Source of the DNA: Haliotis cracherodii
Taxonomy: Eukaryota
Length of the DNA stretch: 64,000 bases
Direction: 5' to 3'
Assembly (NCBI RefSeq): GCF_022045235.1
Contig: NW_027266297.1
Location: 25,916,001-25,980,000 of the forward strand
Numbering within the stretch: position 1 is the stretch's first letter; each line of letters starts with the position of its first letter. The notes under the pieces were generated by a model. It was not told the DNA's origin, ran no database searches, and was given only the letters and a program-made list of their open reading frames with translations. Both the position numbers and the translations under genes were made by a program. Positions 11,158 to 24,180 of the stretch are shown here, in pieces.

Positions 11158-12852
11158 ATGGCTTCAAATTGTTTACAAGCAAAAAATGTTTCATGTGCGG
11201 ACGAAGAAGGGGAGTTTGTCAAAAACATTCCAGTTGTAATAATGTTTTCATTGTTTGCTGCTGTGGGTGTTTTCGGGAATATTCTCATTCTGTACATATA
11301 TGGACTTAAATTCAAGGAGTCTACGACAAGGGTGTTCATTTTGTCTCTGGCTGTTTTCGATCTGATATCATGTGTGTCACTTCCCTACAAGATCACACTT
11401 CTACGATATGGCAGTCTCTTTAGTAATCCAAATCTGGCCAGATTGGATATAGTTCGGATTTACTTTCTGCAAGTCTCGGTGTCTATTCTTCCCTTGATGT
11501 CTTTTGACAGATACAGACGGATATGTGAGCCATTCAAGCTACAGATGTCACCAAAAATGGCCAAGATATTAGTTACCTGTGTTATCGTGATCATGACAAT
11601 ATTTACCATTGTGCGCATGGTTGTCACAAGCTATACCAGTAATCAGTGCTACAGGGCCGAGGCATTCGTATCAGCTGAGTTCGTGAACAAGACTGTCCAA
11701 GTATGGTTACAGGAACTGAATTTCATTTGTGTCATCCTCCCGTTTATCCTCCCTCTTCCAATTCTTATTGCTGTCTACATCCTGATTGGTGTCAAGGTCA
11801 GAAGACTCAGCAAGAATTCTAAGAGAGGGGTCGAAGGCCTACAGGACACGACCCTTACAAGATTTACGCACAACTCAACCACCGACAAGCAAGTTGTTGC
11901 AAAAGACGATGTTGATGGCGGACCGACGTCCGCACTGCACCCTTCAGGATTGTATCGGTCTTCGGATGAGGGCTTGGATAAGGGCCTACAGTCGGATATG
12001 GGTAGGCAGTCAGAGACTCGTGATCATGTCGGTCATTCAGACACTTCTCCTGACAAACAAGGCACTTCTCATCATCGAACAATCGGGAATGCGTATTCAA
12101 CGCAAGTAGCTATTGAGTCAGGAAGTTCAGGGCAGACTCGTCCGAGATGTGAACAGCTTGAATCATCAAAGGTTGAAGTGGATACCATGCAAAGAAACAA
12201 ACGATTTAACAAAGTATACCCACACAATGTGAGAATTCCACGTGTGTGGGGAAAGAAAGCACCAAAAGTAAATACATCAACCCAAGGTGCAGAATCGAAA
12301 TCAGGCGAAGAACTGGCCTCTTCTAGTAAGAGGCTTCCAAATCAGCCGATGTCAGCCACGACAGTCAAACGTCAGACAAACGTGGAATTACATGTAGAAA
12401 ACTCCATGTCCTCATTTTCGCCGGAGCAAGACATGTTCTACAAAGGAACACCACTTGACAAACCTGACGATGGAGAAGATCAGCATGAATCGAAATACAC
12501 ATGTAGCCCCGCAGAAAATCCCCACCAGCAAGAGGGGGTATTGAAGGATCTGACCCCGTGTAAACACAGTGAAGCTGATAAGAGGCTTCCCTGGAAACGA
12601 ATGACCCTGATATTTTTCTTGATCACTGTTGTCTACATTGTCTCGTGTCTGCCGTTCTTCACCATCTACATAATATTCCGAGTGGCGCCATGTTATGGCT
12701 ATGGACTCTTGTCCCAGGGAGGATACATCGTGCTGTACAACTTTGTATACATCACCATTGTCTCGAACTGTTTCCTGTATGGTTTCTTTGACCCAAGATT
12801 CAAAAAACAATTAAGGTGTGTAAAGACTTCCATACTTCACAGACTATGTTGA
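11158..12852 (+). CDS. Class A GPCR, paralog 2, 564 aa, C-tail shortened
   Basis: Same 7TM motifs as paralog 1 with near-identical TM DNA. Stop codon TGA where paralogs 1 and 3 have AGA. Confidence 0.95.
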   Translation: MASNCLQAKNVSCADEEGEFVKNIPVVIMFSLFAAVGVFGNILILYIYGLKFKESTTRVFILSLAVFDLISCVSLPYKITLLRYGSLFSNPNLARLDIVRIYFLQVSVSILPLMSFDRYRRICEPFKLQMSPKMAKILVTCVIVIMTIFTIVRMVVTSYTSNQCYRAEAFVSAEFVNKTVQVWLQELNFICVILPFILPLPILIAVYILIGVKVRRLSKNSKRGVEGLQDTTLTRFTHNSTTDKQVVAKDDVDGGPTSALHPSGLYRSSDEGLDKGLQSDMGRQSETRDHVGHSDTSPDKQGTSHHRTIGNAYSTQVAIESGSSGQTRPRCEQLESSKVEVDTMQRNKRFNKVYPHNVRIPRVWGKKAPKVNTSTQGAESKSGEELASSSKRLPNQPMSATTVKRQTNVELHVENSMSSFSPEQDMFYKGTPLDKPDDGEDQHESKYTCSPAENPHQQEGVLKDLTPCKHSEADKRLPWKRMTLIFFLITVVYIVSCLPFFTIYIIFRVAPCYGYGLLSQGGYIVLYNFVYITIVSNCFLYGFFDPRFKKQLRCVKTSILHRLC

Positions 12853-12861
12853 AAATGAATA

Positions 12862-13187
12862 CCGTATTCGGCTCTAATAAGCGCCCATGGCGATATTTGC
12901 TAATATATTGGCTAGTGAACAATCCCAATTAGCACCCCTTCCGATTGATCAATGTACACAAGACATGTTTACTCTTGTATAATACGCATGTTATATGCAC
13001 GCTTAATTATGGGACATTAAATTCTGGAAACATATATCTGTCGTATATAAACATTTCAGGCTGTCAGCATAAACCACGAAATGTAAGATCTTTCAACTCT
13101 GTTGTTTTTCACCAAAATAATATTCTAAAAAGAGCCCCCCATTTCTAATTTTAAGAGCACCCTGGGCGCTTATCATGTCGAATACGG
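12862..13187. mobile_element. MITE, Tc1/mariner (pogo/Tc2-like CCGTA termini)
   Basis: ta|ccgtattcggctctaataagcgccca ... tgggcgcttatcatgtcgaatacgg|ta. Confidence 0.8.
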
Positions 13188-13481
13188 TATTTGTAGAGAC
13201 TGATATGAGAATGTTTTACTATTCTCTTAATATGGTCATCGTGGGTTAATTCCAAGCGCTTAATACCACAACGGGGCGTGCGTTATCGTGTTATTTGTAG
13301 CATTGCTTCTTTTTCTACACATACGTCCAAATGTTTGTTAGAACACTAATGTTGTGTGCAGAACGGGGATTCCATTGTGACCTATTTAGGTCACGTGGTA
13401 CTTTAGGTCTAGAGACATTGCTCGGTGACTTCCTTCCAGAATTCAGAATTTTGTATTATTCTGTTTTATGGTGTATTATTA

Positions 13482-13688
13482 GGCATGGGTAGCCTAGTGG
13501 TGACAGCGTTCGCTCGTCACGCTTGAGACCCGGGTTCGATTCCCTTCATGGATGTAATGTGTGAAGTCAATTTCTAATGTCCCCGCCATGATATTGCTGG
13601 AATATTGCTAGAAACGGCATAAGACCACACTCACTCACTCACTCACTCACTCACCCACCCAATCAACTAACTCACTCACTCACTCACT
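13482..13688 (+). mobile_element. SINE family A, diverged
   Basis: agcctagtgg..gcgttcgctcgtcacg..gggttcgattccc..(actc)n. Confidence 0.85.
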
Positions 13689-13810
13689 ACTGTATTGGTT
13701 GTTGCAGTAGAATGCTAAGGTAAGGTGCCGGAATCGATGAAGAGGCTACAGAACAATTCAGGTTTACGAGCGTTCACCTAAACATGACATTCGTGTTACA
13801 TATCATTGTA

Positions 13811-13977
13811 GTGAGTGAGTGAGTATGGTTTTACGCCGCTTTTAGCAATATTCCAGCAATATCACGGCGGGGGACACCAGAAATGGGCTTCATACATTGT
13901 ACCCATGTCGGGAATCGGACCCGGGTCTTCGGCGTGACGTGCGAACGCTTTAACCACAAGGCTACCCGACCGCCCCT
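13811..13977 (-). mobile_element. SINE family A, full-length
   Basis: Reverse complement of 8953-9119. 12-bp TSD catatcattgta. Confidence 0.92.
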
Positions 13978-15749
13978 CATATCATTGTAACGCCCATAGA
14001 CTAACAACTGGATTTGTACTATACTCCGAATTTTGATACAGTGAAGATATATTTTTCTTGCTTAACTTAACCTCATATGAACATGCCGACCAAGTACCGA
14101 CTGTTTTGATCCCAAATCCCTTGAACGGTAAGTCCACATTGATGCGGTGAGAAACGTTGGACGTACACAAGCGAAGCCGTCTTGGTTCGATTGTTTACAT
14201 TCCGCCGACTTCGGCTTGACTATGTTTAATGTTTTGTAATACTAGATGGTGGATACAAAAGCAATGCTTGTGATTAATAACTAATCTTAGCACAATAATA
14301 AATAAACGTTTTAATAAATGATTGTTTGAAGAAATGATTAGTTGTCATGTCATTACGTTCAACTCAGGCCATTGCCACGGACATAGTATACCGACTGTTT
14401 ATCCGGTTGTAGATGTGTGTCTGAACGAAAAGTAGTGCCGTGGTAACTTCTCAACCAATCAAATTAGTGAATTTATAAATTTAATAACATGGCTGGAAAA
14501 TGACCAGCGTGAAATTAGTGTGAAATTACCGAAAAATGAATTATTCCCTTTTACCATGGATTAACTCCCGCTCTGCCCCCAGGTCACGGTAATTTAACCA
14601 TGGCACTGTTGTTAGAACACCGTATCATGGATACATAAGCGACGGCCCCGAAGCGATATTTAAAAAAAAAAATAAGGATAGACAGGATAACGATATTTAA
14701 AAAAACAAACAAGGATAGACATTTCCTTTTTCAATCACTTATATTTCATATGTTCGAAATTCACCAATCAAAATACACAATTTACATACTAGAACTCATA
14801 AAAAAATAATTATGGAATAGTATATAGAATATGACAGTTTTTTTAAATGGGAACATTTACATTTTCAAGCCATCATAATGTCACACAATTTCAAGATAGT
14901 GCTGGGTGGTCGATGGCACTCAGGATCTGGCGTTGGGTGGTCTGCAGGGCATTATCAAGCGCCCTGTAATTTTTCTTCTTACGTGACAAGCGTCCTGTAT
15001 TGTTTCTTCTCTGGTGGCAGGTGACCTATATATTGTTTCTTCATAGGTGGCAAGCGTCCTGTATGTTTTCCTTTTAGGTGACAGGCGGCCTCTGTTATTC
15101 ACCTGCATGACAAAGATGCCGGAAGAAGTTTGTTCTTGTTGGATCATATCTATCAATATGAACAGGTTTGGGTAGCTTGGACCCTGCTTATGAAACAAGA
15201 ATGCCACCCTTTGGCGTGCATGGTTGCGCGGGGTGACGGAATGGACGCTGTAAAACGTTGGCATACGTTCCACAGTCTCATCTCCTTCTGTTACACGAAG
15301 TTCTGATGCGATGCTTGTAGCCTTACGACTTAATAACATGAACATTAATTCGAAAAATCAAGGTTTTTTTAAATATATTTCAGTGTGAAAGAGTGGGTTT
15401 TCTGAAGTTGAGAAAAGTTATATTTTCATTGTAGTGAACATAACACTTGATATTTCACTGCAGCGAACACAACACTTGATATTCCACTGCAGCGAACACA
15501 ACACTTGTAATCTAACAGCGGTCTCGTAGATTCCAAGAATATTTTTGAGTTGATTTTGTACATAATCAAATTCAAATGAATGGGTCGTTGATCATAATGT
15601 CAGCTTCTGTTTGTCTGGTCCAGACTTGAACTTTTACATATCGAGTTGATATACCTGGAATAAGGCGGCGTAAAAAAACACTTAATTTGTTGAAGTTTAT
15701 CATTATGGCATGCATTGTATGGATCCTGTTTATTCTAAATTTCGTTAAT

Positions 15750-16202
15750 ATAAGGGTAACGCTATTTTTCAGGGCATTATCATTTGCAGAAGCCCGAGGT
15801 CTTCCATTAACTGCCCGACGAAGGAGGGTTGTTGAAAAGACCGAGGGCTTCTGCAAATGATTATGCCCTGAAAAATAGCGTTACCGTTATTATAGCTAAA
15901 AGGGATGGAATTTATTATCAAATAAAAAGAAACAACAATATCGGTTTTCAAACATTTACTGCAATCAACACGAATGTCACTGACCCACTTTCACCAATAT
16001 GGAAACGTCATAGAACAAACCAGATGACGTCACTATTGAACGTGACGTCACCTATCCCTATCCTATGACGTCTCCTAACAACGGGCGTGATAATGGCCAG
16101 TCGTCATGAAATATGAGGGCATTATCAAGTTACAGTGGCCCGCTCATTTTTGATAACATGCAGGCGGTTTAATGATAATTCTATCCATTTTAGCTATAAT
16201 AA
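15750..16202 (-). mobile_element. Non-autonomous hairpin-ended DNA element (Crypton-like architecture)
   Basis: Long inverted repeat 15750-15890 (ggtaacgctatttttcagggca..gcagaagccc / gggcttctgc..tgccctgaaaaatagcgttacc). The adjacent ttattatagctaaa is inverted at the far end (tttagctataataa, ~16188-16201). Confidence 0.6.
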
Positions 16203-16809
16203 AGGTTTACACCAACCCCATGAAGCACACACCCATATGCATTTTGTAATTGAAATCGACATTTATAAAGTATATATCCTTTTGTCCCCAAATTGAGTAC
16301 AAGTACGGAATTCCAACATTGATTAACTTGATTCCCCTATCAGGTGTTTTAATCAATACTTTACAGTTATTCATAAACACACGCTCGTGATACAGTCGGA
16401 ATCGTACAATCGACTCTGCTTTTAGCAGATATTTCTCGTGGCTATGAAAAAGGTTTTGTCGCTTTCATTTAACAATATCATTTCTATGCACGGTTCTGGC
16501 AAAATACAAAACTCAAAATGAAGGCGACATGAGATTCACCTCTCAAACTTCATCGATCTGTGTATGTCTGAATGTGAATTCTGATTCTATGAGGGGCTGC
16601 CAAGTTGTTAATGCCTTTGCCGGTTCCGATTTCGATTCCCAGCTTGGATAAAATGTGTGCAATCGATTTCCGGTACAATATACAATACTACTTAACAATC
16701 TTTTCATTAATTCATCCATCTTATCACCAACTTTATGTATCACGCCAAACGTTAGCATCTCCCGAATTCGCCGCGTATTCAACATGAAGTGTCCGTACCT
16801 CCATGCTCC

Positions 16810-19260
16810 GTGTCTTACGCTCTCACATAGAAAACAGAATGCGTCCATACGAACCTTACACTCCCACACAGAAAACATAATTTGTCCGTGTACCTTACAC
16901 TCTCACATAGAAAACATAATTTGTCCGTGTACCTTACACTCCCACACAGAAAACATAATTTGTCCGTGTACCTTACACTCTCACACAGAAAAAATAATTA
17001 GTCCATGTACCTTACACTCTCACATAGAAAACATAAGATGTCCGTGTACCTTACACTCCCACACAGAAAACATAATTTGTCCGTGTACCTTACACTCTCA
17101 CACAGAAAACATAAGATGTCCGTGTACCTTACACTCCCACACAGAAAACATAAGATGTCCGTGTACCTTACACTCCCACACAGAAAACATAAGATGTCCG
17201 TCTACCTTACACTCTCACATAGAAAACATAAGATTTCCGTTCACCTTACACTCTCACATAGAAAACATAATTTGTCCGTTCACCTTACACTCTCACATAG
17301 AAAACATAAGATTTCCGTGTACCTTACACTCCCACACAGAAAACATAAGATTTCCGTTCACCTTAAACTCTCACATAGAAAACATAAGATGTCCATGTAT
17401 CTTACACTCTCACATAGAAAACATAAGATGTCCGTGTACCTTACACTCTCACATAGAAAACATAAGATGTCCGTGTACCTTACACTCTCACACAGAAAAC
17501 ATAAGATGTCCGTGTACCTTACACTCTCACACAGAAAACATAAGATGTCCGTGTACCTTACACTCTCACATAGAAAACATAAGATTTCCGTGTACCTTAC
17601 ACTCTCACATAGAAAACATAAGATTTCCGTGTACCTTACACTCTCACATAGAAAACATAAGATGTCCGTTCACCTTAAACTCTCACATAGAAAACATAAG
17701 ATGTCCATGTATCTTACACTCTCACATAGAAAACATAAGATGTCCGTGTACCTTACACTCTCACATAGAAAACATAAGATGGCCGTGTACCTTACACTCT
17801 CACACAGAAAACATAAGATGTCCGTGTACCTTACACTCTCACATAGAAAACATAAGATTTCCGTTCACCTTACACTCCCACACAGAAAACATAAGATGTC
17901 CGTTCACCTTACGCTCCCACACAGAAAACATAAGATGGCCGTTCACCTTACACTCCCACACAGAAAACATAAGATGGCCGTTCACCTTACACTCCCACAC
18001 AGAAAACATAAGATGAGATGTTCGTGTACCTTACACTTTTACACAGAAAACATAAGATGTCCGTTCACCTTACACTTTTACACAGAAAACATAAGATGGC
18101 CGTTCACCTTACACTCCCACACAGAAAACATAAGATGGCCGTTCACCTTACACTCCCACACAGAAAACATAAGATGAGATGTTCGTGTACCTTACACTTT
18201 TACACAGAAAACATAAGACGTCCGTTCACCTTACGCTCCCACACAGAAAACATAAGATGGCCGTTCACCTTACACTCCCACACAGAAAACATAAGATGGC
18301 CGTTCACCTTACACTCCCACACAGAAAACATAAGATGGCCGTTCACCTTACACTCCCACACAGAAAACATAAGATGGCCGTTCACCTGACAGTCCCACAC
18401 AGAAAACATAAGATGGCCGTTCACCTTACACTCCCACACAGAAAACATAATTTGTCTATGTACCTTACACTCCCACATGGAAAACAGAATGAGTCCATAC
18501 GAACCTGACAGTCCCACACAGAAAACATAAGATGTCCGTTCACCTTAAACTGCCACACAGAAAACATAAGATGTCCGTTCACCTTACTCTCCCACACAGA
18601 AAACATAAGATGTCCGTTCACCTTACACTCCCACACAGAAAACAGACAGTGTCCATTTGTACCTTACACTCCCACACAGAAGACATAAGATGTCCGTTCA
18701 CCTTACACACCCACACAGAAAACATAAGATGTCCATGCGAACCTTGCGCTCCCACACAGAAAACATAAGGTGTCCGTCTACCCTACACTACCACACAGAA
18801 AACATAAGATGTCCATACGAACCTTACACTCCCACACAGAAAACATAAGATGTCCATGTGAAATTTACACTCCCACACAGAAAACATAAGATGTCCGTTC
18901 ACCTTACACTCCCACACAGAAAACATAAGATGTCCATGTGAAACTTACACTCCCACACAGAAAACATAAGATGTCCGTTCACCTTACACTCCCACACAGA
19001 AAACATAAGATGTCCATACGAACCTTACACTCCGTCACAGAAAGCATAAGATGTCCATACGAACCTTACACTCCGTCACAGAAAACATAAGATGTCCATG
19101 TGAACTTTACACTTCCACACAGAAAACATAAGATGTCCATACGAACCTTACACTCCCACACAGAAAACATTAAGATGTCCGTTCACCTTACACTCTCACA
19201 CAGAAAACATAAGGTGTCTATACGAACCTTACACTCCCAAAACATAACGTGTCCGTTTAC
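16810..19260. repeat. 39-bp minisatellite, ~60 copies
   Basis: Unit accttacactcccacacagaaaacataagatgtccgt(g/t)(t/c). It explains the repetitive ORFs at 16655-18848. Confidence 0.97.
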
Positions 19261-20517
19261 TAGTATCTTTGGAAAATAAAGTTATCTCTACACTCATCCC
19301 TAGAAACATAAAGTGTCCGCTTTGTATACAATGTGTATACAATAGTATGTGCTGGATAACCACGCATTAACCACTTATACCTGTCAAGTGTCAATTACCC
19401 TTCTTAATCTTGATCTTGTCCCATGATATTTATCAGCTCTTCATTCTAGACTGTTATCTGTGAATGTTTAACGGAAATACACTTAAGATACGGTAACCTG
19501 TGTCAGAACAAAACTCCCAGATTTGTTTATATAGTTTATTCTTTCTTTTTTGTTCTTCTTATTTTTTTATCAGTATCAACTTCGTACTCAAAATAAACAA
19601 ATTTACCCGAATTTTCTTATTGTAATAATATTTAAAGATTAGTTTTCCAAGAAAAGTTAAAACAGTTTCCCTAGTACATATCAAATAAAGAAATGCCATT
19701 ATTTTCCGTAAAAGGTAAAACAACAAAATCAAACCCTAATACGTTGAACAACCTTCTTTAAAACGATGCTATACAGCACTACCACGTGGGAGTTGGAACC
19801 CCGAGTACAGCATGGGCAAACGCTTAAACCATTGGGCTCCCCAACAAACCTCTCCATCGCACCATGCTTACGGAATTTTTAAAAAGATGAAGAATTAAAG
19901 GTAAGAAAGTGTGAGACAACATATCAGCTCCCAATGGCCTTGAACATGTCCTCGTAACTATGAGTTAGCAACCAATCTTCGCATGGTTGAAACGTGATGC
20001 ACTCACCATAGAGACCAGTCATCACCATGTGACGGTGTTTTTGCTGGAGTAGGTGCTCATAGCAGGTGGGGTGGTGGTTCAATGTCGGGATCCAGCTGCA
20101 GATTTTTTCACTTATACATTGACATGCATGCACAAGTGTGTGCGCACGTGCGTGCGTGTGTGTGTATGTGTGCTTGCACTAGTCCGAACTTATTATGAAA
20201 ATACGACTGCCAACAATCACAGAAGAATTATACTTGAAGTAAATACTCGATGAAATTGAAGGAATTGACGGTTATCTGAAGTTTGGTCCAGGTTGGGACT
20301 AAATGAATAAACTGTTTTATATAAACATATATGTTTATAGTATTATTGATGACTAAAAGTGATTGTGCCAGTCCTGGGCGATAAAAGAACTGCTAGTCTC
20401 ATCAGTCTAGTGCTGTAATAGGTTGTATTATACATACTTTACAACTGCTTGGCATATTTAGTAATTGCCACGATTGCAGGATGTTGACACAAGCACATCT
20501 TAAAGAAAACAACACAT

Positions 20518-22257
20518 TTAGACACTATCCTCTTCTAGTCTACATTTTCTACACAGCATGTTAAGTATGGAAGCCGTCACAATTCTTAATTGTCTTTTGA
20601 ATCTTGGGTCAAAGAAACCATACAGGAAACAGTTGGAGAAGCTGGTGATGTATACAAAGTTGTACAGCACGATGTATCCTCCCTGGGACAAGAGTTCATA
20701 GCCATAACATGGCGCCACTCGGAATATTATGTAGATGGTGAAGAACGGCAATAACGAGAAAATGTAGACAACAGTGATCAAGAAAAATATCAATGTCATT
20801 CGTTTCCAGGAAAGTCTCTTATCTGCTGTACCTTTTCCTCGGAGGTTGAAGCCATTGGTTTCTCCATCTTGTGTTTGGTTTTCTATATGGCCAGGTGCGG
20901 GTTCGTTACTATCTTCTCTATTGTCATCAGGGGAATCGTCAAATGATGCACCTCCATTGATCATAATTCGTTCAGGACAATAAGAAGACATGGATTTTAG
21001 ATCGTGTAGGAGAACCTCTGACTGGTTGTTCGGTGTACAATGAAGTCTCGACCGACCTGATTGTAGCCTTTCCAGGGAGAGGGAGTTTTGTCCATCACCC
21101 AACCGTGTTTCTGTAGTAGGGCAAAACGATTTCACTCTCCGCACTGTCAATAGGTGTTCATCATTTCGCCCTTTCTCTCTCCATCTTACTTCCATTTCTA
21201 CGTTCGAGGGCTCAAACGGTGCATACTTCGTCCGCGTCTTTTCCGGGCAGCCCGACACAACGGCTAATCCAGCCCCTCGCTCATCTTCATGTGTTCGATG
21301 CTGTCTGGATGACGGGGAAATGCAGTTGTGAGAGTACATACCAATCCTTGACTCTTGAATCCCATCAAAGCCTTCTATCCTCCCGTGCCCCAGGTTTCCA
21401 TTAATGCCTCCTGTTTCCCACTCCATTTGGGGAAACAAAGCTGGCTGTAGCAAAGTTGACATCTTTCCGTCCACACGTTCACAGTCAGCATTGTCAGGTT
21501 GGGCCAAAGCGTCATTATTGGATCTGAGAATGGATGAACGACTTGGGCTAAACCTGTTGAATTTAGTGTCTTTGGGGCGTTTCGAGTTTTTTCCAGAGTT
21601 CCTGCTAAGCTGTCTCACCCTGATACCAATCAAAATGTAGACAACCATTATAATTGGAAGTGGTATGATAAACGGGAGAACGACACAGGCGAAATATACC
21701 TCCTGCAGCCAATGTTGTGTAGTTTTGTCTAGAAATTCAGCCGATATATACGCCTCCGCTCTATAGCAGTGTGTATTGGCATAACTTGTAACAACGATCC
21801 GACCAATTGTAATCCCACCAATTAGTACACTGGTACCGAATACTAATATCTTAGCCAATGTAGGTGGAATCTGCACCGTGAGGGGCTGACATATCCGTCT
21901 GTATCTGTCAAAAGACATCAAGGGAAGAATAGATACCGAAAGTTGCAGGAAGTAAATCCTAATTATCTCCAACCTGGCTAGAGTTGGATTACTAAAGAGA
22001 CTGCCATATCGTAGAAGTGTGATCTTGTAGGGAAGCGACACACATGATATCAGATCGAAAACAGCCAGGGACAGAATGAACACCCTTGTCGTAGACTCCT
22101 TGAATTTAAGTCCATATATGTACAGAATGAGTATATTCCCGAAAACACCCACAGCAGCAAACAATGAAAACATTATAACAACTGGAATGTTCTTGCCAAA
22201 TTCCTCTTCTTCGTCCGCACATGAATCATTTTGCCCTTGTAAACAATTTGAAGCCAT
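20518..22257 (-). CDS. Class A GPCR, paralog 3, 579 aa, inverted orientation
   Basis: Same motifs (GVFGN, LAVFD, SFDRY, LLPF, SNCFLYGFFDPRF) and long ICL3. C-terminus EDSV. Confidence 0.95.
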   Translation of the reverse strand: MASNCLQGQNDSCADEEEEFGKNIPVVIMFSLFAAVGVFGNILILYIYGLKFKESTTRVFILSLAVFDLISCVSLPYKITLLRYGSLFSNPTLARLEIIRIYFLQLSVSILPLMSFDRYRRICQPLTVQIPPTLAKILVFGTSVLIGGITIGRIVVTSYANTHCYRAEAYISAEFLDKTTQHWLQEVYFACVVLPFIIPLPIIMVVYILIGIRVRQLSRNSGKNSKRPKDTKFNRFSPSRSSILRSNNDALAQPDNADCERVDGKMSTLLQPALFPQMEWETGGINGNLGHGRIEGFDGIQESRIGMYSHNCISPSSRQHRTHEDERGAGLAVVSGCPEKTRTKYAPFEPSNVEMEVRWREKGRNDEHLLTVRRVKSFCPTTETRLGDGQNSLSLERLQSGRSRLHCTPNNQSEVLLHDLKSMSSYCPERIMINGGASFDDSPDDNREDSNEPAPGHIENQTQDGETNGFNLRGKGTADKRLSWKRMTLIFFLITVVYIFSLLPFFTIYIIFRVAPCYGYELLSQGGYIVLYNFVYITSFSNCFLYGFFDPRFKRQLRIVTASILNMLCRKCRLEEDSV

Positions 22258-22385
22258 ACTCGCGGTTGAAGTTAAATCTCCATGCGCTATGATGTTTTTC
22301 TCATTATTTCCAACGTCCGCTTCTCGACATTATGTGCCAGCAGTTTGATATTAACATTGATGCTGAATTCTCAGCACGCTTGACT

Positions 22386-22416
22386 GTCAATCATAGGAGA
22401 AAGTAACCAATCAGAA
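22386..22416 (-). promoter_or_regulatory. Conserved upstream element of GPCR paralog 3 (CTGATTGG + TGATTGACAG)
   Basis: Reverse complement ttctgattggttactttctcctatgattgac(ag), ~130 bp upstream of the ATG. Confidence 0.4.
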
Positions 22417-24180
22417 ATGAGACTAGGCGGATTTGAGCGAATGCTATGTTCTGAAGTGCAGCAATACTTAACACAATCTATTTATGTCAAGCTGGTTTTA
22501 AATGCAACTGATAAGCAGACTCGTACAGGCTAAACATATCCTGGGATGTTTAGAAAAAAGTTACATTCAATATAGACCACAGGAAATTTACTTTACAGAA
22601 TGAGAATATCCCCGATACACGGACATCAACCAACAGTGGAATCATTACCAAAACTGTCATCTTTTCTTCATCAAACAAAACATGTAGAGAAAGTTAATCT
22701 TGGTGTTACTGCTTGCTGTGAATATCCTTTTCATGGTTTCCTGATTGATGGTGTTATCTGTTTTGTGTGTACTTCTGTTTTGAAATGAACTCTCTGAGCT
22801 TTCAACCATAACACAAGCAACCACTCGAAAAATAGCTTTCCTTTAACACTAACAATGGCGCTCTTTGTGTTACATAAAATATCGGATTAGACAAAATAAC
22901 GTTATTTTCGAACAACGGTATTATTTCATTTTTATTAAATATATTTTAACTAATGATGCTATTGCTAGACTGATTCGCCTATGCTAACTGTGATCTATAT
23001 GTTTAATATCTTATTTATTAAAGTATCACTATCACATCAATTGGACTTTGACGCATTGCCACCAGATAAGAAGGACAATCTTTTGCAAACATTAGGTGTC
23101 GTATGCAACTCACCTGTTTTGGATGTCAAGATAAACAGATTGGTTTTGTTAGTTTAGCAAACCCTTTGAGTAAAAACAAAGTTGTGAATTATTGCTACCT
23201 GTGGAGTGTGCCAAGGCTAACCCTTCCATCCGCAACTAGGTATCTCATTGGTATGCATGACATCATGAAATAATGATCAATTTACTCTCTATAAATGTTA
23301 TTTCCTTGTAATTATTGTGTTCATTACAAAGAACAAATACAGAGAGGTAGAGAGGTCTAGAAAGAGAGACAGGGGGAATCAGAATGTTTACGAGTGCTTC
23401 AAGCACTGCATATATCGCACACGGTGAAATCGATATTTCTAAAAACTGACTGAAAGATAAAAACAAACATGTACATAGACTTTGATGTCTTAGAGACACC
23501 GGGGACACGGAGCGGAGATCGAATTATCTGGTGTGTCAAAACAATTTGCACCATGATAGTTAAAAAAAGTGTCTGAAGAGTAGTGATGTGACTGGTCGAA
23601 CCAAGACACTGAGATTTATTTCATCGAATAAACCGCGATACAACATACGAGAAACAATTAACAGGTAATTACAGGTCACACTATAACATTTATTTTAGCT
23701 TTTTAGAGCTATTATTCCGACAAATTAAGTTAAGAGAAATATATATAACAACTTGAAATGATATAATGTACACGGGAAGCTAAAACATATTTACAGTGAA
23801 AAAGTTAAAAGGAAATCACAGGGAAGAATCATTTGTCATATTTATAGATGCAGCATTTGAATATGAGGCCTGGCCAGTTCCGAAGAAGCCCGCAGAAATC
23901 TCTAGAGATATCAGTAGAGAGAGAGACAAGGGCCGGTCGCCCCAGTGTAGTCACTTCATCAAGTGCCAACGTTTCAGTAAGAGCCAGTTGAATCAACATT
24001 ACGGTCCGGTTAATCAAATGAACCGAGATTCTCATCTTCTCGGCATCATGTTGGTGGTAGGTATGCTTCTCAGCTTAAACAACCCAATCGTTGTTTAGTC
24101 TTAATGAAAGCAGCCATTGAGCAAATCCTAAATCTTACTGTGTGTTAACGACTGCTAAAACACATCATTGGCGCATACAC

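Noticed and set aside
16655-18848. Long His/Cys-rich ORFs (453 aa, 390 aa and others)
   Set aside because: Translations of a 39-bp (3n) minisatellite. They are open in several frames and have no unique domain.
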